Origin: Hemiscyllium ocellatum
Lineage: Eukaryota
NCBI RefSeq assembly: GCF_020745735.1
Contig: NC_083413.1
Location: 63,612,001 to 63,676,000 of the forward strand
DNA: 64,000 nt
Direction: 5' to 3'
Shown here: piece after piece, positions 1 to 13,005 of the stretch
How positions within the stretch are numbered: position 1 is the stretch's first letter
How the letters are laid out: each line of letters begins with the position of its first letter
Notes under the pieces: model-generated
The model's input: only the letters and a program-made list of their open reading frames with translations
What the model was told of the DNA's origin: nothing
Databases searched by the model: none
Program-made: the position numbers and the translations under genes

Positions 1-618
1 TTATTGGTCAGAGTATTGAGTACAGGAGTTCAGAGGTCATGTTGTGGCTGTACAGTACATTGGTTAGACCACAGTTGGAATATTGCACACAGTTCTGGTC
101 TCCTTCCGATCGGAAAGGTGTTGTGAAACTTGAAAGGGTTCAGAAAAGATTTATAAGGACGTTGCCAGGTTTGGAACATTTGTGCTATGGAGAGAGGTTG
201 ACAAGGCTCAGGCTGTTTTCCCTGGAGCGTCAGAGGCTGAGGGGGTTACCTTATAGAGGTTTATAAAATTATGAGGGGCATGGATAGGGTAAATAGACAA
301 AGTCTTTTCCCTGGGTTGGTGAGTCCAGAACTCGAGGGCATAGGTTTAGCGTGAGAGGGGAAAGATATAAAAGAGACCTAAGGGGCAACTTTTTCACGCA
401 GAATGTGGTACGTGTGTGGAATGAGCTCCCAGAGGAAGTGATAGAGGCTGGTATAATTGCAACATTTAAAAGGCATCTGGATGGGTATATGAATAGGAAG
501 GGTTTGGAGGGATGGGCCGGGTGCTGGCAGGTGGGACTAGATTGGGTTGGGATATCTGATCGGCATGGATGAGTTGGACCGAAGGGTCTGTTTCCATGCT
601 GTACGTCTCTATGACTAT
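1..618 (+). mobile_element. CR1 LINE 3' end (family A), decayed
   Basis: ORF2 C-terminal motifs LYSTLVRPQLEYCTQFWSP, LFSLERQRLRG, FFTQNVVRVWNELP. The 3' UTR ends in gaagggtctgtttccatgctgta-ctctatgact and recurs at 18255, 28836, 43797, 49735 and 52660. Confidence 0.9.
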
Positions 619-629
619 GTAAATATGGT

Positions 630-1050
630 GGTTACTAAAGCAAGTCAGATGCCGGAATCCTGCAGCATGTAACTCAACTCCTGACTTTTCAATGCCTGTC
701 CACCACAAGGCACAAGTCAGGAGTCTGATGCAGTGTTCTCCATTTGCCTGGATGAATGCAGCATTAACACCATCAAAAGCAAAGAAGCTTGGTTGATTAA
801 CACTCTATCCATTGTCTTAAAAATTCCTTCCATCCATCTCTGATGCATAATGATTGACAACCTGTAAAATGCATTTCAGTCCCCCATTAAGGCTTCAATA
901 GCTTTTTCATACCCATAACTTGTACCAGCTTGGTGGATAAGGATAGTAGGTATATGGGAAACGTGAAAGCTCGTTTCTGAACCACGCATTATCCTACTTG
1001 GGACTACATTGCTGCACCTTCACTGTCATTGGGATTTGGTTGCATCTCTG
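630..1050 (+). mobile_element. 3' fragment of a second CR1/L2-group LINE (family B), highly decayed
   Basis: caaggcacaagtcaggagt...ttgcctggatgaatgcagc matches the KAQVRSVMEY/LAWMSAA region of the better copy at 10335-11930. Confidence 0.65.
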
Positions 1051-4000
1051 GATCAATGAGAAATATGAAATGTTTCAATTTTTGCTGAAAAGCTTACAAA
1101 ATAAGGAACAATTTGACTTGAAAGGTCAGAGAATATTGGCATTCCAAGTTTTGTTTAAATAATAAGTGTGTGATGATACGATAGCTTTTAAGAGGTAATT
1201 TTTGTCCTTTTTTGTTTTGAGACTGAGGTGATGAATTGTCTGTTTAAAGCCAATAAAGTAAGTAGCTTCTGATGTCCTTTTTTTAAGTTAGAACAATAGA
1301 AGCAGTATGAATAGGCGGAGGCAGACTGCCACAGAACCAGGGTTTCTGTTTAATTTTTCAGTTTTGAAGTTGGTTCTGGACATGCTAAACATCCCTCTTG
1401 GCCAGAAGTTTCTGTTGATGTTCATTTCTCCTGGACTGCAGAAACCTCGCATGTGAGACAAACTATTTTACTGACTTTGCCAGGGACATGTTTATGGGAT
1501 GTTACTATATTGGAACAGTTGATGTATAATACTGGTATGTTTTACTGGAGCTTCAGAGGCTGATGGGGTGACCTTATAGAGATTTATAAAATCATGAGCA
1601 GTACGGATCGGATGAATAGCCAAGGTTTTTTATCGCAGGGTGGGAAGTCTAAAATTAGAGGGCATAAGTTTAAGACCAGAGGGAACACCACAGTTAAACT
1701 TAACAATGTCCTAATTCAGCTCTCATGCATGTGCATGTCCAAAAATAGTTATTGCACAGCTAATGGAAGTCTAAGCTTTAGCCTATTTTTATTTCTTCTG
1801 TACCCTAAATATGCTGAGAGCAGTTTTAATGTTCTTCTGCTATCCTGACTATGACCAGTTGCTTTGGTTATTTATTGACCTGCAGGTTACTCATCTGTAT
1901 TAATCCATATCAACCAAGATTGTGTTTTTTCTCATTGAATGTGCAACCTGAAGTTACAGGAGCACGTGAACCACATTTGTGGACCCCATTCTACAATCTT
2001 CACTGACTGTCACTGCAGGAATCTGAGAAGCTGCTGTTGAGTTCAGAGTTAGTGTTATTTTAGAAAGCCTGGCAAAACAGAAATTACTGTAAATGTTGAT
2101 GGATTACTTTGTCCAGGGCCAGTGATTTATGGCAATGAAATAAATCCAAATCTGTTTTGATTACATGTAGGTGGAAGATTTGGACACGTGGTTAAGTGGT
2201 CATTTTCACAGAGATGTCCATTTAAAATTAAAACTGATGATTTATGGTGACTGAATAATTCAGAATGCATTTCGTTTCCTGGATTTTTGAGTGTTTTGAC
2301 CAGCATTAGATTTTACATGCTAGCAGAAGTTTTGCTTTTTTGCCATGTTAAGGGAGTAACTTATGTACTGGAAAGATTGGAATGAGCAGTCCACAAAATC
2401 AAAAGGTGTATCAGTGGTCAGTAATTTATTGCCTTTTATGTTAGTGTTTGGCTGTTAGCTGTCAGAGGAGAGGTATTACGAAAAGAAAGGCCATTAAACA
2501 GAACAAATGAAGGCCAAAATACTGAGCTTGAGGGCAAAGCAAATCTATTTGTAAACGAACTGCAGAAGGATATATTGGCTGGATTGGAGACCGAAGAGGA
2601 AATATGCAAGAATATTGTGAGCTCTGATTCAAAGGCAGATGGTGGAGGGTTCTTGAGATAATGGGATCATCCAAATAAATTAAAAGCACATTGCTGACCG
2701 TTCAATGTGATGATATTCAAGCCAGATATGATAATGCTAATGATTCATGGGTGGGTATAGTAGAAAAATAACTGAAAGGGAATTGTTATGGAATTAACTC
2801 AGTGGAAAGCTGAATTTTCCATGAATCCACTTCATTTTCCAAATTCTACTGTGGCCATGATTCTGCCTGTGGTTGGATCTTAATGGTTTTCCAGTAGGTC
2901 TGTGTTAATGAAGTGAAGTGAGTGATTGACTGGAAGATTAATTATGACATCATCTCACTTGTGACTTTGGAAAATCCATGGGTCATGATGATTTGAGCCA
3001 ACAATAGATGCAGACATATTTAAGACATTGCAATTTTGATACCAGCAGGTCATCATCAGGCAGAGATACAATGAGCCAAATGGCACTTTTGCCTGATACT
3101 TTTCAAGGAGTCTGTGATGTACCTCGAATTTTCAAATGCTCATTTGATTTTGTTTCTGTGCATTATAAATCTTCGTTAATTGGGATGGTTTGGGTGTTCA
3201 CCAATCCTGTCATTTAAACTACAGTAAGTGACATTCAGTGTTGTAAATATCAGGTCCAACAGAAAGTCAGGGTCAATTGACTTGAGTCAATGGAAGGATT
3301 TCCAATTATCAAATTGATACCTCATTTATGTACATATAAAAGATTATACATGTAAAATGTTTAAAATACTATTAATATGCTGGGTAGAAGCAATCAGTAT
3401 TGATCTTTCTCTCAAGGATGGTTATTTGTTGGTCCTATTCATTTGATGAAATGACTTGTAAAATAGAAGGAGAATCAGAATGAATAGAACGCACCTGAAG
3501 ATGCAAGTTAATCCAAGTATACCTTATTGTAATGCCTTTTACCTGTGAAGTTTTCAAAGTATTTACTGTGTTACAGTGTGGAAAAGAAATGATGTCCTTT
3601 ATCTGACCTAAAATACATACAAGAAATATATATGAAAATTGACAAGATAAGTGTGTGAAGTAAAGTTCAGAGCTCGATTTGGGTATGCAGAATGTTTACA
3701 AATATCATTATTCATGTTTTCCTGATCTGAAAATATTTTGCACTGTTTTCAACACTGAAAACTCATGTGAGAAAAGACATGACAGAGGCAAATTGGGCTC
3801 CACTGTAAAGAGGCAAGCCTTTAAGAAGTTGCTGACTTCCCAGCAAAATTGCAGTGGTTACTTTTTGGATTTGCAAAATTTCTTGTGCAATTTTGCTAAT
3901 GATGACAAAATGAAAGGAGATCATCTCAGCACTCCTCCAAGAAATGATCATTTAAAAATTCCTCTGGTGTTAGTGATTCACTTAACTGGTATATGCATCC

Positions 4001-4235
4001 AAGCATGCTTTGGAGGGAGTCATATCTGCCAACAGCCTGCCCCTCTTCCGCAGTTAAGTTTGAGCCCCACGGTCCTTGGAGAAGGAACATGAGCTGTCCA
4101 TCAATGCTCACAGTCTCTTTAGAGAGAGGTGGGCACCATGGATGATGCAGTGCTTTATTTCCCCCTCCAAGACCATTTTGATTTAGTCCCTTCCCTCTCT
4201 CCCTACCTCCCCCTCATGTTTGATGGCTTGCATTG

Positions 4236-4863
4236 TGTTATGGACGAGGCCAGACCACTCAAAACATTCTTAAGCAGGCAGCCCAGACCAAAACTTTGCA
4301 ATTTGTTTCGGTAAGTGTACAGTGAAAATTACCCAGAGTAAGTTAGCAAGGTTGACTACCAGGTTTTAAAACAGACAAATATTTATTCACAAAATTACAC
4401 AATGAAACACAAAGAACAGAATAAAGAACCCCTATAGAACTCAGTCTACCCAAACTGGACTTTTCTGAATATACACAACAGTCCCAATAAGTAAACACCC
4501 TTAAAACACTGCAAAAAAAATGGAACAGATGCTTACAGGTTGAAGTTAGGAGGACAGAAAGAGAGAGAGAGCCTGTCCACACAGTCCACTGCTGAACTCC
4601 CAACTAGTTCTGGACTGAATTGCTCAGCTAGTGAGCTGACCACTCCCCGTTCATTATACGGGTTACTTCTAAAACATGACCACTTTTGCCTGCAGTCTCA
4701 TCTGTATACATAAACAAAAGGCCTCTCATAATCCTTTTCATCTCTGTACCAAACTAGTCTAGTTGGAGCCCGGCACGTTTACAACTCCTCTGAAAAAAAT
4801 CAAGGACACAGTATCCTTGAGAAAAGGAACAGCTTTTAGGAAAAAGGGACTAGCTTTGTGATA
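4236..4863 (-). mobile_element. Solo LTR (Gypsy/ERV-type) with 4-bp TSD
   Basis: Starts TGTTAT (4236) and ends GTGATA (4863; probably CA mutated to TA). Flanked by ATTG at 4232-4235 and 4864-4867. AATAAA (~4382) and a TATA-like motif (~4652) lie on the minus strand. Confidence 0.65.
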
Positions 4864-5057
4864 ATTGCTCTTAGTGGGGTTTGCATGTAAATATTGGATT
4901 GGCCACATAGTGTTTTTACTGCTGGTGGTTACATGTTTAACAAAAAGTAAAATAATTAGTCATAATTTTGGAGGTGGGAAGGTTGTGTGTAATAGCACTT
5001 CTGGATAGGTAAAAAAGACACAATTAAAAATAAATAAAGGAATAAATGTGCCCATGG

Positions 5058-5180
5058 AGGGCTGTTGTGGTACAGTGGTAGTGTCCCCACCTCCTGAGCT
5101 AATAGACCTTAGTTTAAGTCTCACCCATTCCAGAGCTCTGTAATAACATCTCTGAACAGTTTGATTAAATAATATCTGAA
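5058..5180 (+). mobile_element. Decayed tRNA-derived SINE head
   Basis: A-box-like tggtacagtgg followed by a degenerate B-box (agtttaagtc). Confidence 0.4.
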
Positions 5181-6469
5181 TGTGTCCAATTTGGTTGACC
5201 CATATTCAAATCTGATCTGCAGTATTTGCTGATCGTAGTTCAATTAGGATCGAAAAATCCCCAATGCCCTGATTCTTTGCTGTAGTAGAACATTGGATGC
5301 ATGCTTTTGGTGAGGAAAGATAGCCTTCAAATCTTTCAGTAGGTCATTCAGAATGTATGTCATATTTTAAAAACAAACTCAGATGTTTACTGGTGAGCCA
5401 AAAAAAAAGTATTGAGCAATGTGACAAATCATTGTGAACCAGCCCAAGACAAATGTCGGCTTGAAGAGTAACCTTTGTCAAATATATTCAACAAAGGCTG
5501 TACTGGTACTGAGAAATATTAGCAAGGATGTAGTAAAAATTATGAAGTGAATTGATTAGTACAATTAAATTTCATTATGTATGCTGTGAAGAACAGAGAT
5601 TATGTACTGTAAAAAGGAATTTCTTTAGGTCAAATTGCTTTATCTCATTAGACTAAACTTAAAACTTATCAAGGATATGGGCATTGGGGAAAAAAAGAAT
5701 ATAGTTAAGCTATACTTATGTCCATGTAGTCAGCATTAAGCTAACAAAATTGTATTTTGAATCCAAAATATTAACTTGAGATTTCTCAGAAGAGTTCAGC
5801 ACCTTTTACAAAGAAAATTGAAAGGACTTATCCTCAGTGAACAACATGGGATCTTAATTGAACAGGCTTCACAGCCTCTGTGGGGCTATCTTTGATTGAC
5901 AGGCCAATTAGTCAATTTCTGATATGGACCTAAGGAAAAGTTGGAGGCTAACACCTAGATTTTCCACAAGTTCGCAGTTCATTGGAAAGCAGCCAAATCT
6001 GTGTGAAAGATTGAGGAAGTTAGGTCAAACATAAATAGAATTTCAATGAATTTCAACATGTAAGGAAAAGCTCAACATTCTAACCAACATTTTTACATCA
6101 ACCAAGGTTAACTCATCATTATCTCGTTATTACATATAGATTCTTATCATGAGAGAATGACTGTCATCTCGTTGTATAATGAGTAACTACGCTTCAGATA
6201 TAATTAATTGGCTCAAATAGCAATGACTTAGCACATTTAATGTAATAAAATGTCCCAAGATACTTCACAAGAGCAACAAAAAACAAATATGTCAGCTAGC
6301 CACCTAAGTGATTTTAAGGGTAAGTGCCTGAAAGCTTGGTAAAGGAAGAGATTTAATTGTGTTTTTTTAAAGGAGAAAAGTAAGTGAAGGTAAAAAATTC
6401 CAGACTTTGAGGCTTAAGGCAATTGAAGAAATTGTTGTCATTGTTAGAGCAATTGTAATTTGGAATCAG

Positions 6470-7190
6470 ATAGGTTAGATTTTGAGTGACTGGATTCCAT
6501 CACTCTGTGAGAGACAATCAGAATGTAGCCTCAAGTTTGGTCAGGTCCGATGCAGTTATCTGCTGCACATTGCTGTTTGGCAGAACAAAGCAATTATGGA
6601 AAGGATCTCCAACATCATCTTCTCACAAATAGGTATCTTTAACTCTCACCCATCAATAAAAGCAGTTGTTGGCAAAACAGTACATTCTATATTTTCCAAA
6701 CTAAGCTCAGAAGTTGGAATATTTGCTGGTGATTGCATTACATGCAACACCATTATGGACTCCTCCAATACTGATGTAATCTATGCCCATATGCAGCAAG
6801 GTCTGGATAATAATCAAGCTTTTTCTAATAAGTGACAAGTAACATTCTTGCGGCACAATGACCATTTACAACAACAAAGACTCTAACCATTTTTCTTTGA
6901 ATTTCAATGCCATTGCCATCGCTGAATCTCCTGCAGTCAACATCCTGGCATTACTTTCAAGCAGAAACTGAGCTGGACCAGACATATCAATGCTGTGCCT
7001 GCAACAGCAGGGCAGAGGCTGAGAACACTGCATTGAGTAATAAACCTCCTGTCTCCCCATTCCCTGTCCACCCTACAAGACACAAGCCGTGAGTGTTGTG
7101 GAATATTTTTTCCTTGCTTAGATGAGTGCAGTTTGAACAACAATTGAGAAGATTGATACCACCCAGGACAGAGCATTCTGCTGGACTTTA
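6470..7190 (+). mobile_element. LINE family B RT fragment
   Basis: VGIFAGDC (decayed FADD) and HMQQGLDNNQAF, collinear with the 10801..11235 ORF. Confidence 0.7.
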
Positions 7191-7194
7191 ATGG

Positions 7195-7800
7195 AGTTTC
7201 AGTCATGGGCATACCACCTAATGGGAAGAGAAATTGGTTGCATTCTCTCTTATTGCAGGTGGTCATTGCCTGCCACGCATGTGGCATGGATGTAACATGT
7301 CACTTGCATCATACGCCTGACCTTTGTACAGGTTTTGCAGCAAATGACATGAACTGTTACAATGGGGCTGTATGCTGCACAATCATGAGGAAAGTTCTCT
7401 GTTTTTGATCTTTGATAGAAATAATGTCATTGTTGAAACACCTGAAAATAGTTGCGTATAGGATACTACCCTGAGAAACTCCTGCCTCATGTCCTGGGAC
7501 TGAGATGACTGACCTCCAGCCATGATAACCATCTTCCTTTTCGCCAGGTATGACTCTAACGAGCAGAGTTTTCTCCCTGATAACCATTGAGTTCAGTTTT
7601 ACCCATACTCCTTAATCTACATTCAGTCAACTGCTGCCCTGATCTAAAGGCCAGTCACACTTGCCTCACTTCTGAAGGCCAGGTCATTTTCCATGTTAGC
7701 ATCGATGCTGCCAGAATAAATTTAGGAACTGAGTGGTCTTGATTGAATCCGAATTGAGCATCAGTAAGCAGGCAAGTTGCTTTAAGAATGTTTCTTAATG
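7195..7800 (-). mobile_element. LINE family B RT fragment, opposite orientation
   Basis: Minus-strand GVSQGSIL...IFRCFNND motif (ORF 7357..7587); homologous to 11000-11620. Confidence 0.65.
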
Positions 7801-7814
7801 GAATTGTTCATAGG

Positions 7815-8150
7815 ATCGTAGAATATAATCCTACAGTATGGAAACAGGCCATTCAGCCTCAGGTCTGCAAGCAATCTCCCACCTAGATCTAGCAGCTCAC
7901 CCTATCTCTGTAACCCCACATTTACCATTGCAAACCCACCTCACCTGCAGATCCGTGTACCCTATGGGCAATATAGTTTGGCCAGTGCACCTAAACTGCA
8001 CAACTTTGGGCTGTGTGAGGAAACAGGAGGAAACCCACACGGTAGCTGGGAGAACATGCAAACTCTACACAGGCAGTCGCCCAAGTCTTAAATCAAACCC
8101 GAGTTCCTGGCACTTCAAGGCATCAGTGCTAACCACTGAGCAACTGTACT
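7815..8150 (-). mobile_element. HE1/V-SINE-like SINE, decayed
   Basis: tatggaaacaggcc tail, gaggaaacccacac...gggagaacatgcaaactc core and gtgctaaccactg head; homologous to 37641-37927. Confidence 0.75.
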
Positions 8151-8374
8151 GCTCCTGTTGGTGACTCCTTCCATGAGTTTTTTGATGATCAAGTGTAGGC
8201 CAATAGAGAATAACTGCCTAGTTATAGTTGTCCTGCTATCTATGCGGGGGACTAGCTGGCAGTTTTCCGTATTGCTATCAAGGTGCCCATGTTGTTGCTG
8301 TGCTGAAACAGCTTGCCCAGGTGTGCAGCTGGAATATTGTTGGGGCCATGAGCAGCAGCAAAGGACTCAAGAAG

Positions 8375-8760
8375 GTGTGTTTTAGCGAGATAGAGCTGGG
8401 TGTCATCAGTGTACATATGTAGGCTAATGCTGTGCGCAAGGGCAGTAAGTATGTCGATGAAATATAGAAAAAGCCAATGACAGATTTTTGGGAGAGGACA
8501 GAGGTAATGATTAGGGAGTTGGAAGAGAAGCCATTACAAATGATTGTTTGCTTATAATTTAATCAATAAAAATGGGAACAAGAGACGACATCCTCACAGC
8601 TTGATGACAATGGAGGAGGATGGTGTGGTCAGCTGTGTTAATGGCTGCTGGAGAAGCAGGAGGAGGAAATAGTTTGATCGTTACAGTCATGTTGCTGCCG
8701 TTGTGACTTCAAAAACTAATCTTTCTAATATTGCAGCATGGGTGGAACCCTGATTGTTGT
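8375..8760 (-). mobile_element. Old L2-like LINE RT remnant
   Basis: The reverse complement of gagctgggtgtcatcagtgtacatat reads MYTDDTQL, the L2-type YADDTQL motif. Confidence 0.5.
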
Positions 8761-9759
8761 TGTGATTGTGATAATGATGATTAATGAGGCGGTGGCAAAG
8801 AAAAGAAATTGCTTTTTGATGTCACCTTTTGTTTAATGTTCATTAATCTATTCTGAAGGAGTGGAGAAAAGTATAGATGAGCAGAATTCTCTTATCAGCA
8901 CCAGACCTTCAGGAATAATACATCAACACTTTCTATTGCTATTGCACCATTTTGTGCCAACTTACTTCCTGGGTTAACAAAACTAAGCATGTCAAACCCA
9001 CAGGTGCTATTAGTTTACAAGAATCGTTGGATCTTTTAGAAGGGCATGTGTCAATTGATCCTTTGGAGATTAGTATTGGAATAAGATCAGAAAATGCTGG
9101 AAATACATAGATGCTAGCCAGCTTCCATGAAGAAAGAACATGAATGAACATTTCAGGTTTATTGTGCCTGGAAAAGTATTAGTTCTGCGAAAGCTTGCCA
9201 AAAAATAGGACAAAAGGTAACACAGTTGTAGAAGAATTAAATTTTGTATATTTTTTGAGGTGTATTGCTAGTTTCTTTCATGAAGTATGATGAAAACAAA
9301 ATATTGAAGGGAAGGCCAGATGGTTTTTAATAATCAAAGTTCGACTGAAGAAAAATCATCTTCCTACAGAGTTAAGTGCAAGTTGAAAAATAAGCTGTTA
9401 CACAATGATGCCTATTTCTGGTTTTGGCTTTATTTTCTTAATCAGTGCTCTGGAAATATGCTAATTTGAACTTTCATGCTTTAGACAGGGTTTAAAGCTG
9501 GGTGGTTTGTGAAAAGAAAAATTTACCAGCTTCACAGGCTTACAGCAGACAATTGACATTCCAGACCAGTTTTCCAACTGTTAATAAGCACAGACGTGGT
9601 GCAAAGGTGAGGAGGCACATCATGCAGAATGATGTGTTATTTTGCTTTGCAGCTTGCAAAGTTCATTTGGGAATGAGGAGTCAATTCTGTTTTTCTGCAG
9701 TTTCTATATGTTGAATCTTATGGGGGAGTAGAGTAGTATAACCCCCACCCAACCATGTG

Positions 9760-9837
9760 CGCACACATACAACTACCCCCACACACAGACACACCCACCC
9801 ACACCCTAACACCTAGACGCACACACACACACACACA
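9760..9837. repeat. Imperfect (CA)n / CA-rich microsatellite
   Basis: Visible cacaca tracts. Confidence 0.8.
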
Positions 9838-11722
9838 AATCTTATTGGGTGTCACCTCCACCTCCCCCACAACCCTCCATCCTCCCAACTCCGCCACATG
9901 AGGATGAAAGGAGGAAGACACTGCCACACATCCCTTCATGCCTTTTCATCTGAGTTGAAATAGTAGGCTGACCTCCTTTGTGCTCTCTTCCCCAGCTGGT
10001 GTGTTATTGTACTGTGAGAGACGAGAGACTATTGGGCCTTAATAGCCTTGTCGTCAGGCTGACTGCCGTACCTGCCCACCATATTGCGAAAGTATTGGAA
10101 TAGCCACACATGCTATTTTATATGACCCCTCTGCCTCTTAGTGTATGCCAACTGGGCTGAAAGGTGCTATGAAATTAGCCACATGCTTTCATTGAGATGC
10201 TACTATTTACAAAATTTTAAAGTTAAAATCATTTTAGCTTTTTAAGCATGTCCTCTTCTAAGAAGACAGCCAGTGCTGAAACGGCGCACCTGGTCAAAGT
10301 GAGGAGGAAATCATATTTATCTATTTATTATTTATTCACTTACTTACATATTTGTGGGAAGTGAGCGTTGTTGGTTGGCCATTTATTGCCCACCCACAGT
10401 TGCCCTTGCAAAGATAGTGGTGAGCTGCCTTCTTGAACTGCTGTGGGTTGGCCCACAATGCCAATGGGGAGGGAATTGCAGAATTTTGTCTCAGCAGTAG
10501 TGAAGGAGCAGTGGCATATTTCCAAGTCAGGATGGTGAGTGGCTTGGAGGGGAACTTGAAGCTGGGGGCGTTCCCATATATTCGCTGTCCTTGTCCTTCC
10601 AGATGGAAGTGATTGTGGGTTTTGATGGTGTTATCTGAGGATCTATAATGAATTTCTGCAGTGCATCTTGTAGATATTACACACTGCTGCTATTGAGTGT
10701 TGGTGGTGAAGGGAGTAAATGCTTGTGGATGCAGTGCTAATCAGCTGAACTGCTTTGTCCTGGATGGTATCAAGCTTCTTGAGTTTTGTTGGGGCTGCAC
10801 TCATCCAGGCAAGTGGGAGTATTCCATCACACTCCTGACTTGTGCCTTGTAGATGGTGGACAGGCTTTGGGGAGACAGGAGCTGAGTTAGTCGCCACGGT
10901 ATTCCTAGCCTGTAACCTGCTCTTATAACCATTGTGTTTATGTGGCGAGTCAAGTCGAGTTTCTGGTCAATGATAACCCGCAGGATGTTGATAGTGGGGG
11001 ATTCAGTAATGGTAACACCATTGGATGACAAGGGGCAGTGGTTAGATTGCCTGTTATTGATAATGGTCATAGCTTGGCATTTGTATGACACGAATGTTAC
11101 TTGCCAGTTGTCAGCCCAAGCCTGAATATTGTCCAGATCTTGTTGCATTTGAACATGGACCTCTGTGGTATCTGAGGAGTTGCGAAAGGAGTTGAACATT
11201 GTGAACATCTCCACGTATGACCTTATGATGGTCATTGATGAGGCAGCTGAAGATGGTTGGACCTAGGACATTAACCTGGAGAACTCCTGCAAAGATGTCC
11301 TGGAGCTAAGATGACTGATCTCCAACCTCCGCAATCATCTTCCTTTGTGTCAGGTATGATTCCAACCAGTGGAGAGTTTATCTCCTGATATCCATTAATT
11401 GCAGTTTTGCTCGGGCCCTTTGTTGCCACACTTGATCGAATGCAGCCTTCATGCCAAAGGCTATCACTCTCACCTCACCGCGAATTCAGCTCTTTTGTCC
11501 ATGTTTGAGTCAAGGCCGTGATGAGGTCAGGAGCTGAGTAGCCCTGGTAGAACCCAAATTGGGCATCACTGAGCAGGTACTGTTTGATATCACTGCTAAT
11601 GACACTTTGCATCACTTTATTAATGATCAAGAATAGACTGATGGGGTGGTAATTGGCTGAGTTGGACTTGTTGTGCTTATGGAAAAGCGCAGCAGGTCAG
11701 GCAGCATCCAAGGAACAGGAAA

Positions 11723-11756
11723 TTCGATGTTTCAGGCATAAGCCCTTCATCAGGAA
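11723..11756 (-). ncRNA. Minimal hammerhead motif, antisense copy with two CpG transitions
   Basis: Minus strand reads TTC-CTGATGA-A-GGGC(TTAT)GCCT-GAAA-C-ATC-GAA. Confidence 0.7.
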
Positions 11757-11763
11757 GAAGGGC

Positions 11764-11797
11764 TTCCTGATGAAGGGCTTATGCCCGAAACGTCGAA
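11764..11797 (+). ncRNA. Minimal type-I hammerhead ribozyme motif (PLE-associated), intact core
   Basis: TTC-CTGATGA-A-GGGC(TTAT)GCCC-GAAA-C-GTC-GAA: conserved core, helix II, palindromic ACGT in place of helix III, helix I TTC/GAA. Confidence 0.8.
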
Positions 11798-12239
11798 TTT
11801 CCTGTTCCTTGGATGCTGCCTGACCTGCTGCGCTTTTCCAGTGACACATTTTCAGCTCTGATCTCCAGCATCTGCAGACTTCACTTTTTTCTTGTTGTGC
11901 TTATGTCCAGGACATACCTGGATCCCACTGCCAATTTAGACCTGGAGAGCTAAATAATGTTTTAAAAATAATTGCTATTTAAACGAATAAAATTATATCA
12001 GTTAACCATTTAAATGCAAGCAGGTGTGACTATTAAAAAAAATACTAGTGTATTTCTTTCAGCTCTAAGTTTACAACACTAAAAAGTTGATTAAAAATTC
12101 CAATTCTTTGTCCTCTGATCTCCTACATATTTGGCATCTTTTCAGAATTAGTTGACTTGCAGTATTGCATTTAGTTCTCCCTCTAAATCCCTCACTTCTG
12201 CCAGGCATCTCAAGTATCCTCCATCTCTTCTTAGTTTTT

Positions 12240-13005
12240 TACATAAGAACATAAGAACTAGGAGCAGGAGTAGGCCATCTGGCCCTTCGAGCCTGCTCCA
12301 CCATTCAATAAGATTGTAGCTGATCTTTTCTTGTGGCCTTGACCCACTTACCCGCCCTCTCACCATAACCCTTCATTCCTTTACTGTTCAAAAATTATCT
12401 ACCTTAGCTTTAAAAATGTTTACTGAGGAAGCCTCAATTACTTCCCTGGGCAGGGAATTCCATAGATTCACAACCCTCTGGTTGAAGAAGTTCCTTCTCA
12501 ATTCAGTCCTAAATCTGCTCCCCCCAATTTTGAGGCTATGCTCCACCCTTGTGCTCATTTCACTTGCCAGCAGAAATGTCTACTCCATATCTATCTTATC
12601 CATTACCTTTATAATTTCATGTTTCCTAAGATCCCCCAATATAATCCCAGTCTACTCAGTCTCTCCTCAATTCCAGAATCAACCTAGTGAACCCACTCTA
12701 CTGCCAATACATCTTGTCTCAAGTAAGGAGCTTAAAACTGTGTGCAGTACTCCAGGTGTAGCCTCATTAGCACCCTATACAGCTGCAACATAACCTCCCT
12801 GCTTATAAACACTATCCCTTTAGCAATGAAGGACAAAATCCCACTTGTCTTCTTAATTACCTGTTGCATCTGCAGACCAACCTTCTCTGATTCATGCATA
12901 AGGACATCCAGGTCCCTCTGCATAGCAGTGTGCTGCAATTTCTTACCAGTCAAGTAATAGTCCTTTTTACTGTTATTCCTACTGAAATGGATGACTTCAC
13001 TTTTT
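12240..13005 (-). mobile_element. CR1 LINE 3' end (family C)
   Basis: ORF 12732..13031 (VMLQLYRVLMRLHLEYCTQF); tail (acataaga)2-actaggagcaggagtaggcc. Confidence 0.85.

Larger units (their letters stand above)
11682..11890. mobile_element. Palindromic Penelope-like mini-element (two inverted PLE termini) with 15-bp TSD
   Basis: Arms 11680-11757 and 11763-11840 (78 bp, 2 mismatches, both at CpG) with a 5-nt loop, plus a ~50-nt tail. TSD cttgttgtgcttatg at 11667-11681 and 11891-11905. The sequence matches the termini of the PLEs at 44844 and 60865. Confidence 0.9.
10335..11930 (-). mobile_element. LINE family B 3' ~1.4 kb (CR1/L2 group), interrupted by a PLE hairpin insertion
   Basis: ORFs 10801..11235 and 10643..10897 (QMQQDLDNIQAWADNWQVTF, LSTIYKAQVRSVMEYS, KLKKLDTIQDKA); 3' tail gggcaataaatggcc at ~10380. 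Confidence 0.85.

Noticed and set aside
6470-7800. Twin-priming inversion of one family-B LINE
   Set aside because: The two pieces overlap in element coordinates, are very decayed, and have no visible TSD.
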